From NCBI GenBank assembly GCA_035284945.1, contig JAYKGS010000098.1:69372-133371 (forward strand): a stretch of 64,000 bases of DNA. Reading direction: 5' to 3'. This stretch comes from Synechococcus sp. Its GTDB lineage: Bacteria; Cyanobacteriota; Cyanobacteriia; PCC-6307; Cyanobiaceae. Both the position numbers and the translations under genes were made by a program. The notes under the pieces were generated by a model. The model saw nothing but the letters and a program-made list of their open reading frames with translations. It was not told the DNA's origin and made no database searches. This document shows positions 22,508 to 31,416 of the stretch, in pieces (position 1 is the stretch's first letter; every line of letters begins with the position of its first letter).

Positions 22508-22586
22508 GAAGGGGGTCGCGCTGAAAGACAGGTGAAACGCGCTCTTCGACCTTTAACGCCTACCCCCCGGAATCCGTCAACCACCA

Positions 22587-22699
22587 GGTGCCAGTTTGTG
22601 CCGGTGTGTTGCCTTTTGAAGCAGCGCCGAGGGGCCCTGAAGGGAACAGCTCGTCGGTTTGACCACCCAGTCAGACTCGGCTCACATGAATTGGCACCA
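22587..22699 (+). ncRNA. Candidate structured RNA, four-way junction, family not recognised
   Basis: 14-bp closing stem plus three internal hairpins; non-canonical pairs are G-U on the + strand. Confidence 0.45.
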
Positions 22700-22704
22700 C
22701 GGCC

Positions 22705-23094
22705 GTGAATCCAACCCCCAACCCAAACCAGCCCGCCCTCAATGTGCTGGGGGATGCCCTGTCGGTCTGCGGCTGTCAGCCGATGACCGGTTGGCTGCGA
22801 GATGGCTTTTGCCACACAAATGCTGCGGATCTGGGCCGGCACAGCGTCTGCTGTGTGGTGACTGAGGCTTTTCTTCGCTACAGCAGGGCCCAGGGCAACG
22901 ACCTGTCCACCCCGGCTCCGGGGTTCAATTTTCCTGGGTTGAAACCTGGAGATCACTGGTGTGTATGCGCCCCCCGCTGGCTGGAAGCCCACGAGGACGG
23001 CATGGCACCGCCGGTACGACTTGAGGCCACTGAAGCCTCAACTCTGGAGGTGATACCCCTGGTTTTACTGCAGGCGAACGCAGCCGGAGCCTGA
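22705..23094 (+). CDS. DUF2237 family protein
   Basis: NVLG..L..C...PMTGW.RDGFC, D.G.H.VC, GNDLSTP.P...FPGLKPGD.WCVCA.RW. Confidence 0.9.
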   Translation: MNPTPNPNQPALNVLGDALSVCGCQPMTGWLRDGFCHTNAADLGRHSVCCVVTEAFLRYSRAQGNDLSTPAPGFNFPGLKPGDHWCVCAPRWLEAHEDGMAPPVRLEATEASTLEVIPLVLLQANAAGA

Positions 23095-23856
23095 TCACCA
23101 GGGGATGGGCTCGCCGTTCCAGGCCCAGAAGCGGCCGGTCTGATCCGGTCCGAGGGTTTCAAGCACATCCAGCAGATGGCGTGCAGAGCGCTCTGGACTG
23201 AACAGGCTCCCAGGTGCAACTCCGGCCTGAAAAGGGGCGGAGAGGGGCGTCGCGGCTGTGCCTGGATGGAGAAGGCTCACGCACCCCAGGGGGCGACGGC
23301 GTCGCCATTCGATGGCCAGGGTGCGGAGTAACTGGTTCTGGGCTGCCTTGGCACCCCGGTATGCATACCAGCCCCCGAGCTGGTTATCACCGATGCTCCC
23401 CACCCGGGCGGAGAGACTGGCGAAGTGGAAGGGCTGATGCGGTGGCAGGGCGGACTCAACCGCCTGGGCGACCAGGAGGGGCGCAAAGGCATTCACTGCG
23501 AAGCTGCGCTCCAGGGCCGGGCGGTTCACCTGGCTGAGTCGTTTCTCAGGCTGGAGCCCAGGGCCGTGCAGAATCCCGGCAGTGTGGATCACCAGGCGCA
23601 GGGGGCGCCAGGCCTCAAGTCTGGTCACCAGCCTGGCCAGGCTGGTGTCATCAGCCAGGTCAAGCGGCAGGTGCACACTGCCCTGCCAGCGCTCCTTGGC
23701 AGCCTGGCGCCAGTCCTGGCGAGACGCACCCAGCAGGGTCAGCTGGGGCGCCCGCCGCTCCAGCTCCGCGAGCAATGCCCGGCCTATGCCACCACAGCCG
23801 ACCACAAGGGCCGAGCCCTGCCAGGTAGTCCAAGCTCCAGATCCTCCAGGGCCCAT
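23095..23856 (-). CDS. Short-chain dehydrogenase, CsgA/C-factor-like
   Basis: GCGGIG Rossmann motif, SARVGSIGDN.LGGWYAYRGAK (YxxxK), LHPGT. Confidence 0.9.
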   Translation of the reverse strand: MGPGGSGAWTTWQGSALVVGCGGIGRALLAELERRAPQLTLLGASRQDWRQAAKERWQGSVHLPLDLADDTSLARLVTRLEAWRPLRLVIHTAGILHGPGLQPEKRLSQVNRPALERSFAVNAFAPLLVAQAVESALPPHQPFHFASLSARVGSIGDNQLGGWYAYRGAKAAQNQLLRTLAIEWRRRRPLGCVSLLHPGTAATPLSAPFQAGVAPGSLFSPERSARHLLDVLETLGPDQTGRFWAWNGEPIPW

Positions 23857-23933
23857 CTCGATACCCCATGCTGGATCTGCCCAGCATCCCTGTCGCATGA
23901 TGACAGGGCAAACTGCCCACTGCATTTGGTTCG

Positions 23934-24857
23934 ATGGGCCTTCGCATAGCCGTTCTGGGCCTGGGGGCCTGGGGAGAGACCCTGATGGAGCGCTGGCGGA
24001 CTCAGGGCCACACGGTGCGTGGCTGGTCAAGACGCATGGGTAGCTGTGCCCCTGGCCTGCTGCAAGATCAGGACCTAGTGGTCTCGGCGGTCGCAATGGC
24101 CGGGGTGCTTCCCCTGGCAGCGGAGTTGGCGCCCCACTGGCCTGCGGGCCTGCCCCTGCTGAGCTGCAGCAAGGGATTGGATCTGCGCCAGCTGGCGACA
24201 GCAACCCAGCTCTGGGCAGCCCACCTGGAAGAGGCGCCCCTGCTGGTGTTAAGCGGACCGAATCTGGCGACAGAGGTGCGCCAGGGTCTGCCTGCAGCAT
24301 CGGTGCTGGCCTGCTGTGATCCCACGCTGGCCGGAGCTATGCAGCATGAGCTGAGCGATCCTGGACTGCGGCTGTACACCAATACGGACCCAATCGGCAC
24401 CGAGGCTGCCGGGGCCCTCAAAAACGTGATCGCGGTTGCTGCAGGCATCTCCGATGGCCTGAATCTGGGGGCCAACGCGAAGGCCGCCCTGCTGTGCCGC
24501 GGACTGGCGGAGATCGGGGTGGTGCTGGAGGGTCTCGGAGGGCTGCCCAGCACCCTCTACGGTTTGGCTGGTCTTGGCGACCTGCTCGCCACGGCCAACA
24601 GCAGCCTCAGCCGCAACTACCGCTGCGGCCATCTCTTAGCTGAGGGCTACAGCGAGGAGCAGGCCGGTGAGCGGATTGGAGCCACTGTTGAGGGTACCCG
24701 CACCGCACGGGCTGCCCAGCAGCTGGCGTTGCGCCATGACTGGCACCTGCCGATCTGTGAGCAGGTAGTGAGTGTTCTAGACGGGGCCACCACCCCATCG
24801 GAAGCGGTCCGGGCCCTGATGGAGCGTGGCCTGAGGGCAGAAGTGGCCCGGCCATGA
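23934..24857 (+). CDS. gpsA: NAD(P)H-dependent glycerol-3-phosphate dehydrogenase
   Basis: GLGAWG, SKGL, SGPNLATE, GALKNVIA, GLAGLGDL, SRNYR. Confidence 0.95.
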   Translation: MGLRIAVLGLGAWGETLMERWRTQGHTVRGWSRRMGSCAPGLLQDQDLVVSAVAMAGVLPLAAELAPHWPAGLPLLSCSKGLDLRQLATATQLWAAHLEEAPLLVLSGPNLATEVRQGLPAASVLACCDPTLAGAMQHELSDPGLRLYTNTDPIGTEAAGALKNVIAVAAGISDGLNLGANAKAALLCRGLAEIGVVLEGLGGLPSTLYGLAGLGDLLATANSSLSRNYRCGHLLAEGYSEEQAGERIGATVEGTRTARAAQQLALRHDWHLPICEQVVSVLDGATTPSEAVRALMERGLRAEVARP

Positions 24858-25759
24858 ATACGGCACTTCCGGCGGTGCTGGTGGAGGCCTTCGCGGCCGA
24901 CCCCTGCAGCGGCAATGGGGCCGCCGTGGTGCTGCTCGATGAGCCCCTGGGAGATGGCTGGCTCCAGGCCATAGCGCGCAGTCTCAATCAGTCGGAAACC
25001 GCATTCCTTCTGCAGCAAAGGGAGAAGTGGTGCCTGCGTTGGTTCACGCCCACCTGCGAGGTTCCCCTCTGTGGCCATGCCACCCTGGCCGCCCTGTTCG
25101 CCCTTGGGCACTGGGGCCATCTCCTGCCTGGCCAGCGGTGCCACCTGCTGAGTCGCAGCGGCCCCCTGGAGGTGGTTCACGGGCTCTCTGCCTGCACCGG
25201 TCAGATCGTCCTGCCAAGCGGCTCGCTGAAACCGGCTGCACCCTCCTGCAACCTTGTGGCGCTGCTTCGGGCCCACCTGGGCGTCAAACCGGAGGCCTAC
25301 TGGAATTCGGATCTGGGCTACCGGGTGGCCCTGCTGCCATCAGGCAGTCCACTGGCGCTGATGAGAGACCTGGCTGAGCATCTTGATCCGCAGGATCGGG
25401 GCGGATTGGTGTTGATGCTCGACTTCGATGCCACTCCCCGGGGGTTACGTCCAACCGTGCTCGACCGACCGGCTGACTACCAGATACGTTTCTTCGCTCC
25501 AGGTCTGGGCATCAGTGAAGATGCCGTAACGGGCTCGGCCCATGCATTGGTGGCACCTTTCTGGCAAGAGCGCCTCGGCCGCGACACCGTGGTGGGATGG
25601 CAGTGTTCACAACGACCTGGCGGAATGATCTGTGAATTGGCATGCTCAGGCATGATCCGTCTCAGCGGCACGGGCCATCTTCTGTGGAACGGCACCTTGT
25701 ATGGGCGAAGCGATGGCTCCGGTGCAGGGTCCTGGTCATCCCTGCTGGACGCCGCCTGA
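24854..25759 (+). CDS. PhzF/PhzC family isomerase
   Basis: AF.....GN.AAVV, SETAF, RWFTPTCEVPLCGHAT, RFFAP.LGISEDAVTGSAH. Confidence 0.92.
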   Translation: MNTALPAVLVEAFAADPCSGNGAAVVLLDEPLGDGWLQAIARSLNQSETAFLLQQREKWCLRWFTPTCEVPLCGHATLAALFALGHWGHLLPGQRCHLLSRSGPLEVVHGLSACTGQIVLPSGSLKPAAPSCNLVALLRAHLGVKPEAYWNSDLGYRVALLPSGSPLALMRDLAEHLDPQDRGGLVLMLDFDATPRGLRPTVLDRPADYQIRFFAPGLGISEDAVTGSAHALVAPFWQERLGRDTVVGWQCSQRPGGMICELACSGMIRLSGTGHLLWNGTLYGRSDGSGAGSWSSLLDAA

Positions 25760-25773
25760 TACTGATCGTCCCG

Positions 25774-26715
25774 ATGGCCCTGGTTGCTGTCGCAGTCGGC
25801 TTTGCTGCGCAGGGTCTGGCACCCCAGCCCTACGGAGCGGCCCACGGGGAGCTACTGGATGCTCTGATCGATACCCCAAACAAGCCCTCTGACACCACTA
25901 CACAGGCAGTCGACCTGCGCAAGGTGGAGACCCGGCGAGCCGCGACACCAGAGGGGCCGAATGCCGCAAGCGGCATGCTGGGTCTTGTGGAGCCGGATGC
26001 TGGCCCACCTGTGGACCTGGAGATCCGCGTGGCCTTGCTGAGTGCAGGCACGGCACCTTCATTGTCTGCCACCGGAGCCTGGCAACTATTGAATCGGCAA
26101 GGGATGGTGCTGCAGCAGGGAGGGCCTGGTGACCAGGTTTCCCTCAATGGTCTGGTTGACTCCGCAGCGGAAGCCTGGCTTCAGACCAGAGGATCTGCCC
26201 TGCTGGTCAATGATCAGGCCTATGGCGGCAGGCTGCGCCTGATCCGCGAGCAGGGGGGGCTCAGGCTGGTGAACCATCTGGGGCTGGAGACATACATCGC
26301 TGCCGTGGTGGGGGCTGAAATGCCGAGCAGCTGGTCAATGGAGGCCTTGCGAGCCCAGGCCGTCGCCGCCCGCTCCTACGCCCTGGCCCACATGGCCCGG
26401 CCGGCCAACCGCCATTGGCATCTGGGCGACACCACGCGCTGGCAGGCATACAAGGGGCTGGGACACAGCAACGCAAGAACCCGTACGGCCACATCTAGTA
26501 CCGCAGGGCTGATCCTGAGCTACCAGGGAGGAATAGTCGAGAGCCTTTATGCGGCCAACCGCCGGATCAGCCTGGAAGCCCATGGTCACCTGGGTGCCAG
26601 CATGAGCCAGCATGGGGCCCAGGACCTTGCCAGGCAGGGCTATCGCTATAACCAGATCCTCGGACACTTCTATCAGGGGGCATCCCTGGCACGCCTCAAG
26701 GCCGGTGCGCCCTGA
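25774..26715 (+). CDS. SpoIID/LytB domain peptidoglycan lytic protein
   Basis: LETYIAAVVGAEMP, EALRAQAVAARSYA, GHLGASMSQHGA, YNQILGHFY; start uncertain. Confidence 0.88.
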   Translation: MALVAVAVGFAAQGLAPQPYGAAHGELLDALIDTPNKPSDTTTQAVDLRKVETRRAATPEGPNAASGMLGLVEPDAGPPVDLEIRVALLSAGTAPSLSATGAWQLLNRQGMVLQQGGPGDQVSLNGLVDSAAEAWLQTRGSALLVNDQAYGGRLRLIREQGGLRLVNHLGLETYIAAVVGAEMPSSWSMEALRAQAVAARSYALAHMARPANRHWHLGDTTRWQAYKGLGHSNARTRTATSSTAGLILSYQGGIVESLYAANRRISLEAHGHLGASMSQHGAQDLARQGYRYNQILGHFYQGASLARLKAGAP

Positions 26716-27538
26716 GCTGGTCTGGCGGCGGGCGTTGCAGCGCTCAGCTGAGGCCGAGCAGGCAGGCGCCCTGATACCCCTCTCCACCCAGGTGCTTGAA
26801 CAGCCAGGGGTCAAGCCGTTTGTCCTGCGCCGTCTGGTGAGCCAAACTCCCAGACACCTTCTCCAGGGCGGACCCAAACCAAACCCATTCCTGCCCTGGG
26901 AAGGGGCTCTGGAGGTGGATCGACTGGACACGGGGCATGTGGTGCTGCTCAACAAATACCCGGTTCAGCCTGGCCACCTGTTGCTGATAACCCAGGACTG
27001 GCAACCCCAGTCCGGCTGGATCCGGTTCGAGGACTGGCAAGCCGTGGGCCAACTGGCAAGAGATACGGCCGGGCTCTGGTTCTTCAACAGTTGTGCTGCA
27101 GCTGGAGCCAGCCAGCCCCACCGGCACCTGCAGTTGTTGCCACGGCGGCCAGGGGAGGCTAGTTGTCCCCTTGCGGCCCTATGCGATGCCCAAATGGAGC
27201 AACGCCAGTGGTCATGGGCCTATCAAATCAGCAGGCGCCAAGACCCCATTGACTGCACCGATCTGCCTGGGCTCTACCACCACCATGCCGAGGAGCTGGG
27301 ACTTGGTTCGCCCCAGCTGGATTCCCAGCCGCTGCATCCATACAACCTGCTGTTTGATGACCATTGGTTGTTGACCGTGCGGCGCAGCCGCGAGCACTGC
27401 GCCGGGTTCAGCATCAATGCCCTGGCCTTTGCGGGATACCTGCTCGCCACCGAAAAATCCGATCTCACCTGGCTGGAGAACCATGGTCCCTGGAAACTGC
27501 TCGAGGCGGTCGCCAGTTCGGCAACTGAACGGATCTGA
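26705..27538 (+). CDS. ATP adenylyltransferase / Ap4A phosphorylase II
   Basis: KPNPFLP, LLNKYPV, FFNS...AGASQPHRHLQ (HxHxQ), SINALAFAG; GTG at 26705. Confidence 0.9.
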   Translation: MRPELVWRRALQRSAEAEQAGALIPLSTQVLEQPGVKPFVLRRLVSQTPRHLLQGGPKPNPFLPWEGALEVDRLDTGHVVLLNKYPVQPGHLLLITQDWQPQSGWIRFEDWQAVGQLARDTAGLWFFNSCAAAGASQPHRHLQLLPRRPGEASCPLAALCDAQMEQRQWSWAYQISRRQDPIDCTDLPGLYHHHAEELGLGSPQLDSQPLHPYNLLFDDHWLLTVRRSREHCAGFSINALAFAGYLLATEKSDLTWLENHGPWKLLEAVASSATERI

Positions 27539-27632
27539 AGCCCATTCCGTAATTCCACGGTTGCACCGCAGGCTGGCTCTGGGGCTGTTTGGAAGGAAGG
27601 GGTTACCAACTCCCTGCCTGATGCCCAGCTCA

Positions 27633-28448
27633 ATGATGAAACAAAACTCCAGTGGAACCAGCGCCAAAACAGCTGGCCAACACAAAGAAACAGTAGGTCT
27701 CCGCAACAAACGAGTCCACGAGTACCGCAACCTGGTCACGCCTATCGCGGTGCACTACGGCCGCCGGTGTCCCGAGCCGATCGAGGATCTGATCCAGGTT
27801 GGCCTGATGGGACTGCTGCGGGCCGCCGAGCTCTATGACGCCAAAACCCGCACTCCCTTCGAGGCCTTTGCCCGGCCCCATATCCGCGGTGCAATCCTCC
27901 ACTACCTGAGGGACTCAGCAACGGCTGTGCGGCTGCCCCGACGTCAGATGGAGCTACACGACAAACTCCGCAAGGTTCAGGCAGGCTGGTATAAGAGCCA
28001 CAGCCAGGAAGCCAGCTCGGAGGATCTGCGAAGAGCACTGATGCTCGATGCCCAACAATGGCTGGAGCTGCAGAGGGGGAAAGCCATGAGCCGGCCCATC
28101 AACCTGGCGGACGAGCTGCTCGACGCCTGGGGAGGGGCGGCCCCCGATCAATGGGGAGATGGGGCCGGGAGACTTAGCGACGATGGGCCGGCGGAGGAGC
28201 TGCTGGGTCTCAGGCGCCATTGGGCCCAGCTTGAACCGGATATCCGCCAGGTGATCGACAAGGTGGTGATCTGCGGCTGGACGTACCGGCGCACCGCAGC
28301 TCATTTGATGGTGAGTCCCATGACCGTGCAGAGAAGGCTCAAACGGGGCCTGGCTGAACTGCGGCAAGGGCTTGGCAAAAGTGCTCACACTCCGATCAGC
28401 TGCCCGAGCTGCCAGCATCCCGCACTATCTGCTGCTCAAGGGTGCTGA
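27633..28448 (+). CDS. sigF: Group 3 alternative sigma factor, SigF/SigB-F-G type
   Basis: EDLIQVGLMGLLRAAELYD, FEAFARPHIRGAILHYLRD, VRLPRR, region-4 VSPMTVQRRLKRGL; start 27621 or 27633. Confidence 0.87.
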   Translation: MMKQNSSGTSAKTAGQHKETVGLRNKRVHEYRNLVTPIAVHYGRRCPEPIEDLIQVGLMGLLRAAELYDAKTRTPFEAFARPHIRGAILHYLRDSATAVRLPRRQMELHDKLRKVQAGWYKSHSQEASSEDLRRALMLDAQQWLELQRGKAMSRPINLADELLDAWGGAAPDQWGDGAGRLSDDGPAEELLGLRRHWAQLEPDIRQVIDKVVICGWTYRRTAAHLMVSPMTVQRRLKRGLAELRQGLGKSAHTPISCPSCQHPALSAAQGC

Positions 28449-28590
28449 TGGCCGCATTGAGAGCCGCCAATTGCCGTTCGATACCGTCGCGCCAGAACTG
28501 AAGCATGCGAAGTTTGCGCTGCTGGTAGTGACGCCAGCTGGAGTGGGAGCCTCCGTCACTGACTGGGCAGCAGCCAAAGGGGGGAAACAT
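28396..28590 (-). CDS. Small coiled-coil hypothetical protein convergent with sigF
   Basis: 64 aa, FGCC near the N-terminus, heptad FWRDGIERQLAALNAAISTLEQQI. Confidence 0.68.
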   Translation of the reverse strand: MFPPFGCCPVSDGGSHSSWRHYQQRKLRMLQFWRDGIERQLAALNAAISTLEQQIVRDAGSSGS

Positions 28591-28774
28591 GAGAAAGTGG
28601 TCAGAACACGGAGGTTCTAGCGAGCCAAACTGGTGAACTGGGTGCCTTGTTCTCCCCAGAATTGGGCGTGGAACACCGGCAGGCCGACCAGATCTCCCAG
28701 CTCGGTGGTGCCCTCCTCACCGCCTGCAGGGAAAATTTAGTTACAACGCTCCCCAAAACCCGCCCGTTCCTGGA

Positions 28775-30379
28775 TTGAGATCATTGCTCTGCCGCTCTCC
28801 TATCAACCCCCTGGCCCTGATGCTTGGCCTGGCCATAGGTATGGGGGGCTTGGTGATCGGTGGACAGCCAGCTGGTGCCTACGTGGCCCTGATGGCCGGC
28901 CAGAAAGCGCGGCCCCTGAACGGAAGCTTCAACACGGTGCCGGTTCTCCACTCAAATCAACCTGAGGAAGTCGAAGGCCCGGGCATATTGATCAATACTG
29001 CCCCAGGTTACGCGTATGCGGCTGAGACAGGCCAGCCATTGCGAAATGCAACCTATACCTTCAACGGTGAATTCGGGGTGCATATGCACCACAAGTATTT
29101 CCCATCCAATCGGGGCCAGATCTCCAGATCATCCCGCCGACCTGAACTCACCCTGGCCTTGATCCTGATAAATCCGGGTGGGCGTGCGGTGCAGATCAAA
29201 TTTGAGAATGGAGCTGTGAGAAACAGCTTTGAGGCACCCTATCTACAGGATTTCAAGATGGGGGTAAAACCCCTCGGCCCAAGACCCTGGAATACGGGCC
29301 CGGGGGATGCAACCGCAATCCAGGTTCTCCGGGGTCGGTTGGATCCGAAACTTACTGAAGCGATAACCATCCCAGCTCGGAGTCGTCTGGTGCTGTTCCA
29401 TACCCAGCTACCAGCCCTGGGCATAGCTAACGCCCTGCTCAAGGGCAGCAGTGACGGCCCATTTCAGATGGCCGTTGTAGCTGCTAAGGAAGCCAGCAAC
29501 GATGGGGACATACTTACGGTACTAGACCAGGGGAGGCTGGCTCCTGGCAGGGTTTACCTCAACCGAATTGCTGACATCAACGGGCGGCGGATTTTCTCCC
29601 GAGTTGGTGGAGTGGCGATTGGAGATGGATATCAGGCAAGCCTGACCCACGATCTTGAAGTCAACGGTCCCCTGCATGTTCCGCTTACCAGCACCATCAG
29701 ACACAACTTCGGTACCCGCGAGGTGCAGGTAAACCCCCTTGCCAGCCGCATGGTGGATTCCTCCTTGGACAATGTCGGCACCTATGGCGTGCGATTCGAC
29801 ATCGATCTGAACCTAAAGGGATCTGGCCCCCATGAGTTGGTGCTGAGCCATCCGGTGGCCAGTGGCTCGTCAAAACCCTTCACTGCCTTTCGAGGGTCGC
29901 TGCAGATCCATTCGGAGGATGGTCTCCAGGAAATCCATGTGGGAATGCGTTCAGGCCAGAGCCTCTCACTCACGCCACTAAACCTGCGCGCCGGTCAACC
30001 TAACCAGGTGCGGATCAGCCTGGTTTATCCAGCGGATGCAACCCCTGGCCACCTCCTGAGTGTTCTGCCGGCTAGTCAACTTGCGATGTTCCAGGAGCGG
30101 GAACGGCAATTGACTATGGCACGCACCGCTGCAGAATCTAACCAACTGCCCCCACCCAACATCCCCCCTGAATTGACGGTCGTCGAAGGGCAGCTAGCGC
30201 CGATTGAGTTAATTCCTACAGCGCCCCTTGCCCCAGTGCCACCGCTTACCCCTCCCCTCACTCCGCCTCCAAGTTACCGTGGTGTCCAGACGAGCCCTAC
30301 CAGTCAAACTCTCTACGACAGGTATCAGCAGGCGCTGGAAGCACAACAGGAGATGTTGCGCGGTTTGATGGGCCGTTAG
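28775..30379 (+). CDS. DUF3370 domain secreted protein with Pro-rich tail
   Basis: Signal-like N-terminus, VLHSNQPE, FNGEFGVHMHH, VGTYGVRF, FRGSL, LVYPADATP. Confidence 0.85.
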   Translation: MRSLLCRSPINPLALMLGLAIGMGGLVIGGQPAGAYVALMAGQKARPLNGSFNTVPVLHSNQPEEVEGPGILINTAPGYAYAAETGQPLRNATYTFNGEFGVHMHHKYFPSNRGQISRSSRRPELTLALILINPGGRAVQIKFENGAVRNSFEAPYLQDFKMGVKPLGPRPWNTGPGDATAIQVLRGRLDPKLTEAITIPARSRLVLFHTQLPALGIANALLKGSSDGPFQMAVVAAKEASNDGDILTVLDQGRLAPGRVYLNRIADINGRRIFSRVGGVAIGDGYQASLTHDLEVNGPLHVPLTSTIRHNFGTREVQVNPLASRMVDSSLDNVGTYGVRFDIDLNLKGSGPHELVLSHPVASGSSKPFTAFRGSLQIHSEDGLQEIHVGMRSGQSLSLTPLNLRAGQPNQVRISLVYPADATPGHLLSVLPASQLAMFQERERQLTMARTAAESNQLPPPNIPPELTVVEGQLAPIELIPTAPLAPVPPLTPPLTPPPSYRGVQTSPTSQTLYDRYQQALEAQQEMLRGLMGR

Positions 30380-30381
30380 GC

Positions 30382-31416
30382 ATGGAGCCTACCCAAGATT
30401 CCCAGCGGCGGAGACTCAGCCTGGAGCTCCCTGTTGAACTGATTGAAAAAATTGATTTATTAAAATCAGAATTGGGTTTGCGCAGTCGCGGAGATATCGT
30501 TGAACGGCTCTTACAAGAAATACTTACCGATAACCAAGCTTATCAACCGACACCACGAGAAGAAGCTGCAGACCACGTAAAGAATAATCCCGTTGCAGCG
30601 GAAGCGACAACGTCAGCATTCAATGAACAGGGTGCCCTGGTCTTGGTGTCTAGTGGCACAGCGGGTGGTTTTTGCTTCGAAATAGGGGAAGACGTAGAAA
30701 CAAGTGATACGCCAAGGGACCAACCAGAGAAACGCCAGGTGGGAATTGATCTACCTGGTTTTGTGCGACGCCAGTCGGAGCAGTTGAAAAGAAGCCTCCA
30801 ACCCCGCAGGCTTGTTGAAGAATCCGCCGTTGAACTATTACCCCAGCTTGAAAGGGGTGGCCTCGATAGGGCCCTTACGAAGGCGCGCGAGCACTGGTTA
30901 GAACTTTATGGCAAAGGAGCCAATGAGGCCGTTCTCGAAGCAGCAATGGTCTGGCTAGCCCAGGATATCTGGCCCCAGAGTGATCAGAGTGATGGACGAC
31001 CATTCAGTTGGTCGCTGGCGTGTAGTGTCGCGGCCCATATTGCTCCCAGCTGGGGCGATGAACCAGCCAACTTTGAACGGGTAATGGTGATGGCTGGTCT
31101 GTTGGAAGACCCATTCAGTTCCTCAACTCTGGAGCTTCGCCTTCCTACCTTGATCCACCGATTTGTACATCGGTTCCGCAGAAGACGTAAGGGCAGCTCA
31201 TTCCAGACGTTGGAACACACGATGACCCTGCATGGGGCCCTGAAAACACTCCGGCTACCTACTGTCCATGGCCACCGGCTGACTCTCAGCGAAATTCGCG
31301 ATGCCTATCGTGATCTGGCAATGAGTAACCATCCAGATTCCGGTGGGAATGAGGAAACAATGCGACGGCTCAACGAGGCATACCAACTGCTGAAAGAGCT
31401 CTATCGCAGGAATTGA
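30382..31416 (+). CDS. Protein with N-terminal ribbon-helix-helix-like domain and C-terminal J-domain
   Basis: RRLSLELPVELIEKIDLLKSELGLRSRGDIVERLL; EIRDAYRDLAMSNHPDSGGNEETMRRLNEAY (HPD). Confidence 0.85.
   Translation: MEPTQDSQRRRLSLELPVELIEKIDLLKSELGLRSRGDIVERLLQEILTDNQAYQPTPREEAADHVKNNPVAAEATTSAFNEQGALVLVSSGTAGGFCFEIGEDVETSDTPRDQPEKRQVGIDLPGFVRRQSEQLKRSLQPRRLVEESAVELLPQLERGGLDRALTKAREHWLELYGKGANEAVLEAAMVWLAQDIWPQSDQSDGRPFSWSLACSVAAHIAPSWGDEPANFERVMVMAGLLEDPFSSSTLELRLPTLIHRFVHRFRRRRKGSSFQTLEHTMTLHGALKTLRLPTVHGHRLTLSEIRDAYRDLAMSNHPDSGGNEETMRRLNEAYQLLKELYRRN

Noticed and set aside
22510-22700. Two-piece tmRNA, 6S RNA, SRP RNA or c-di-AMP riboswitch as the identity of the structured spacer
   Set aside because: No tag reading frame or T-arm for tmRNA, no SRP loop motif, branched and too short for 6S, and only scattered words (GCTGAA, GGTGAA, CCGTCA) resemble ydaO.
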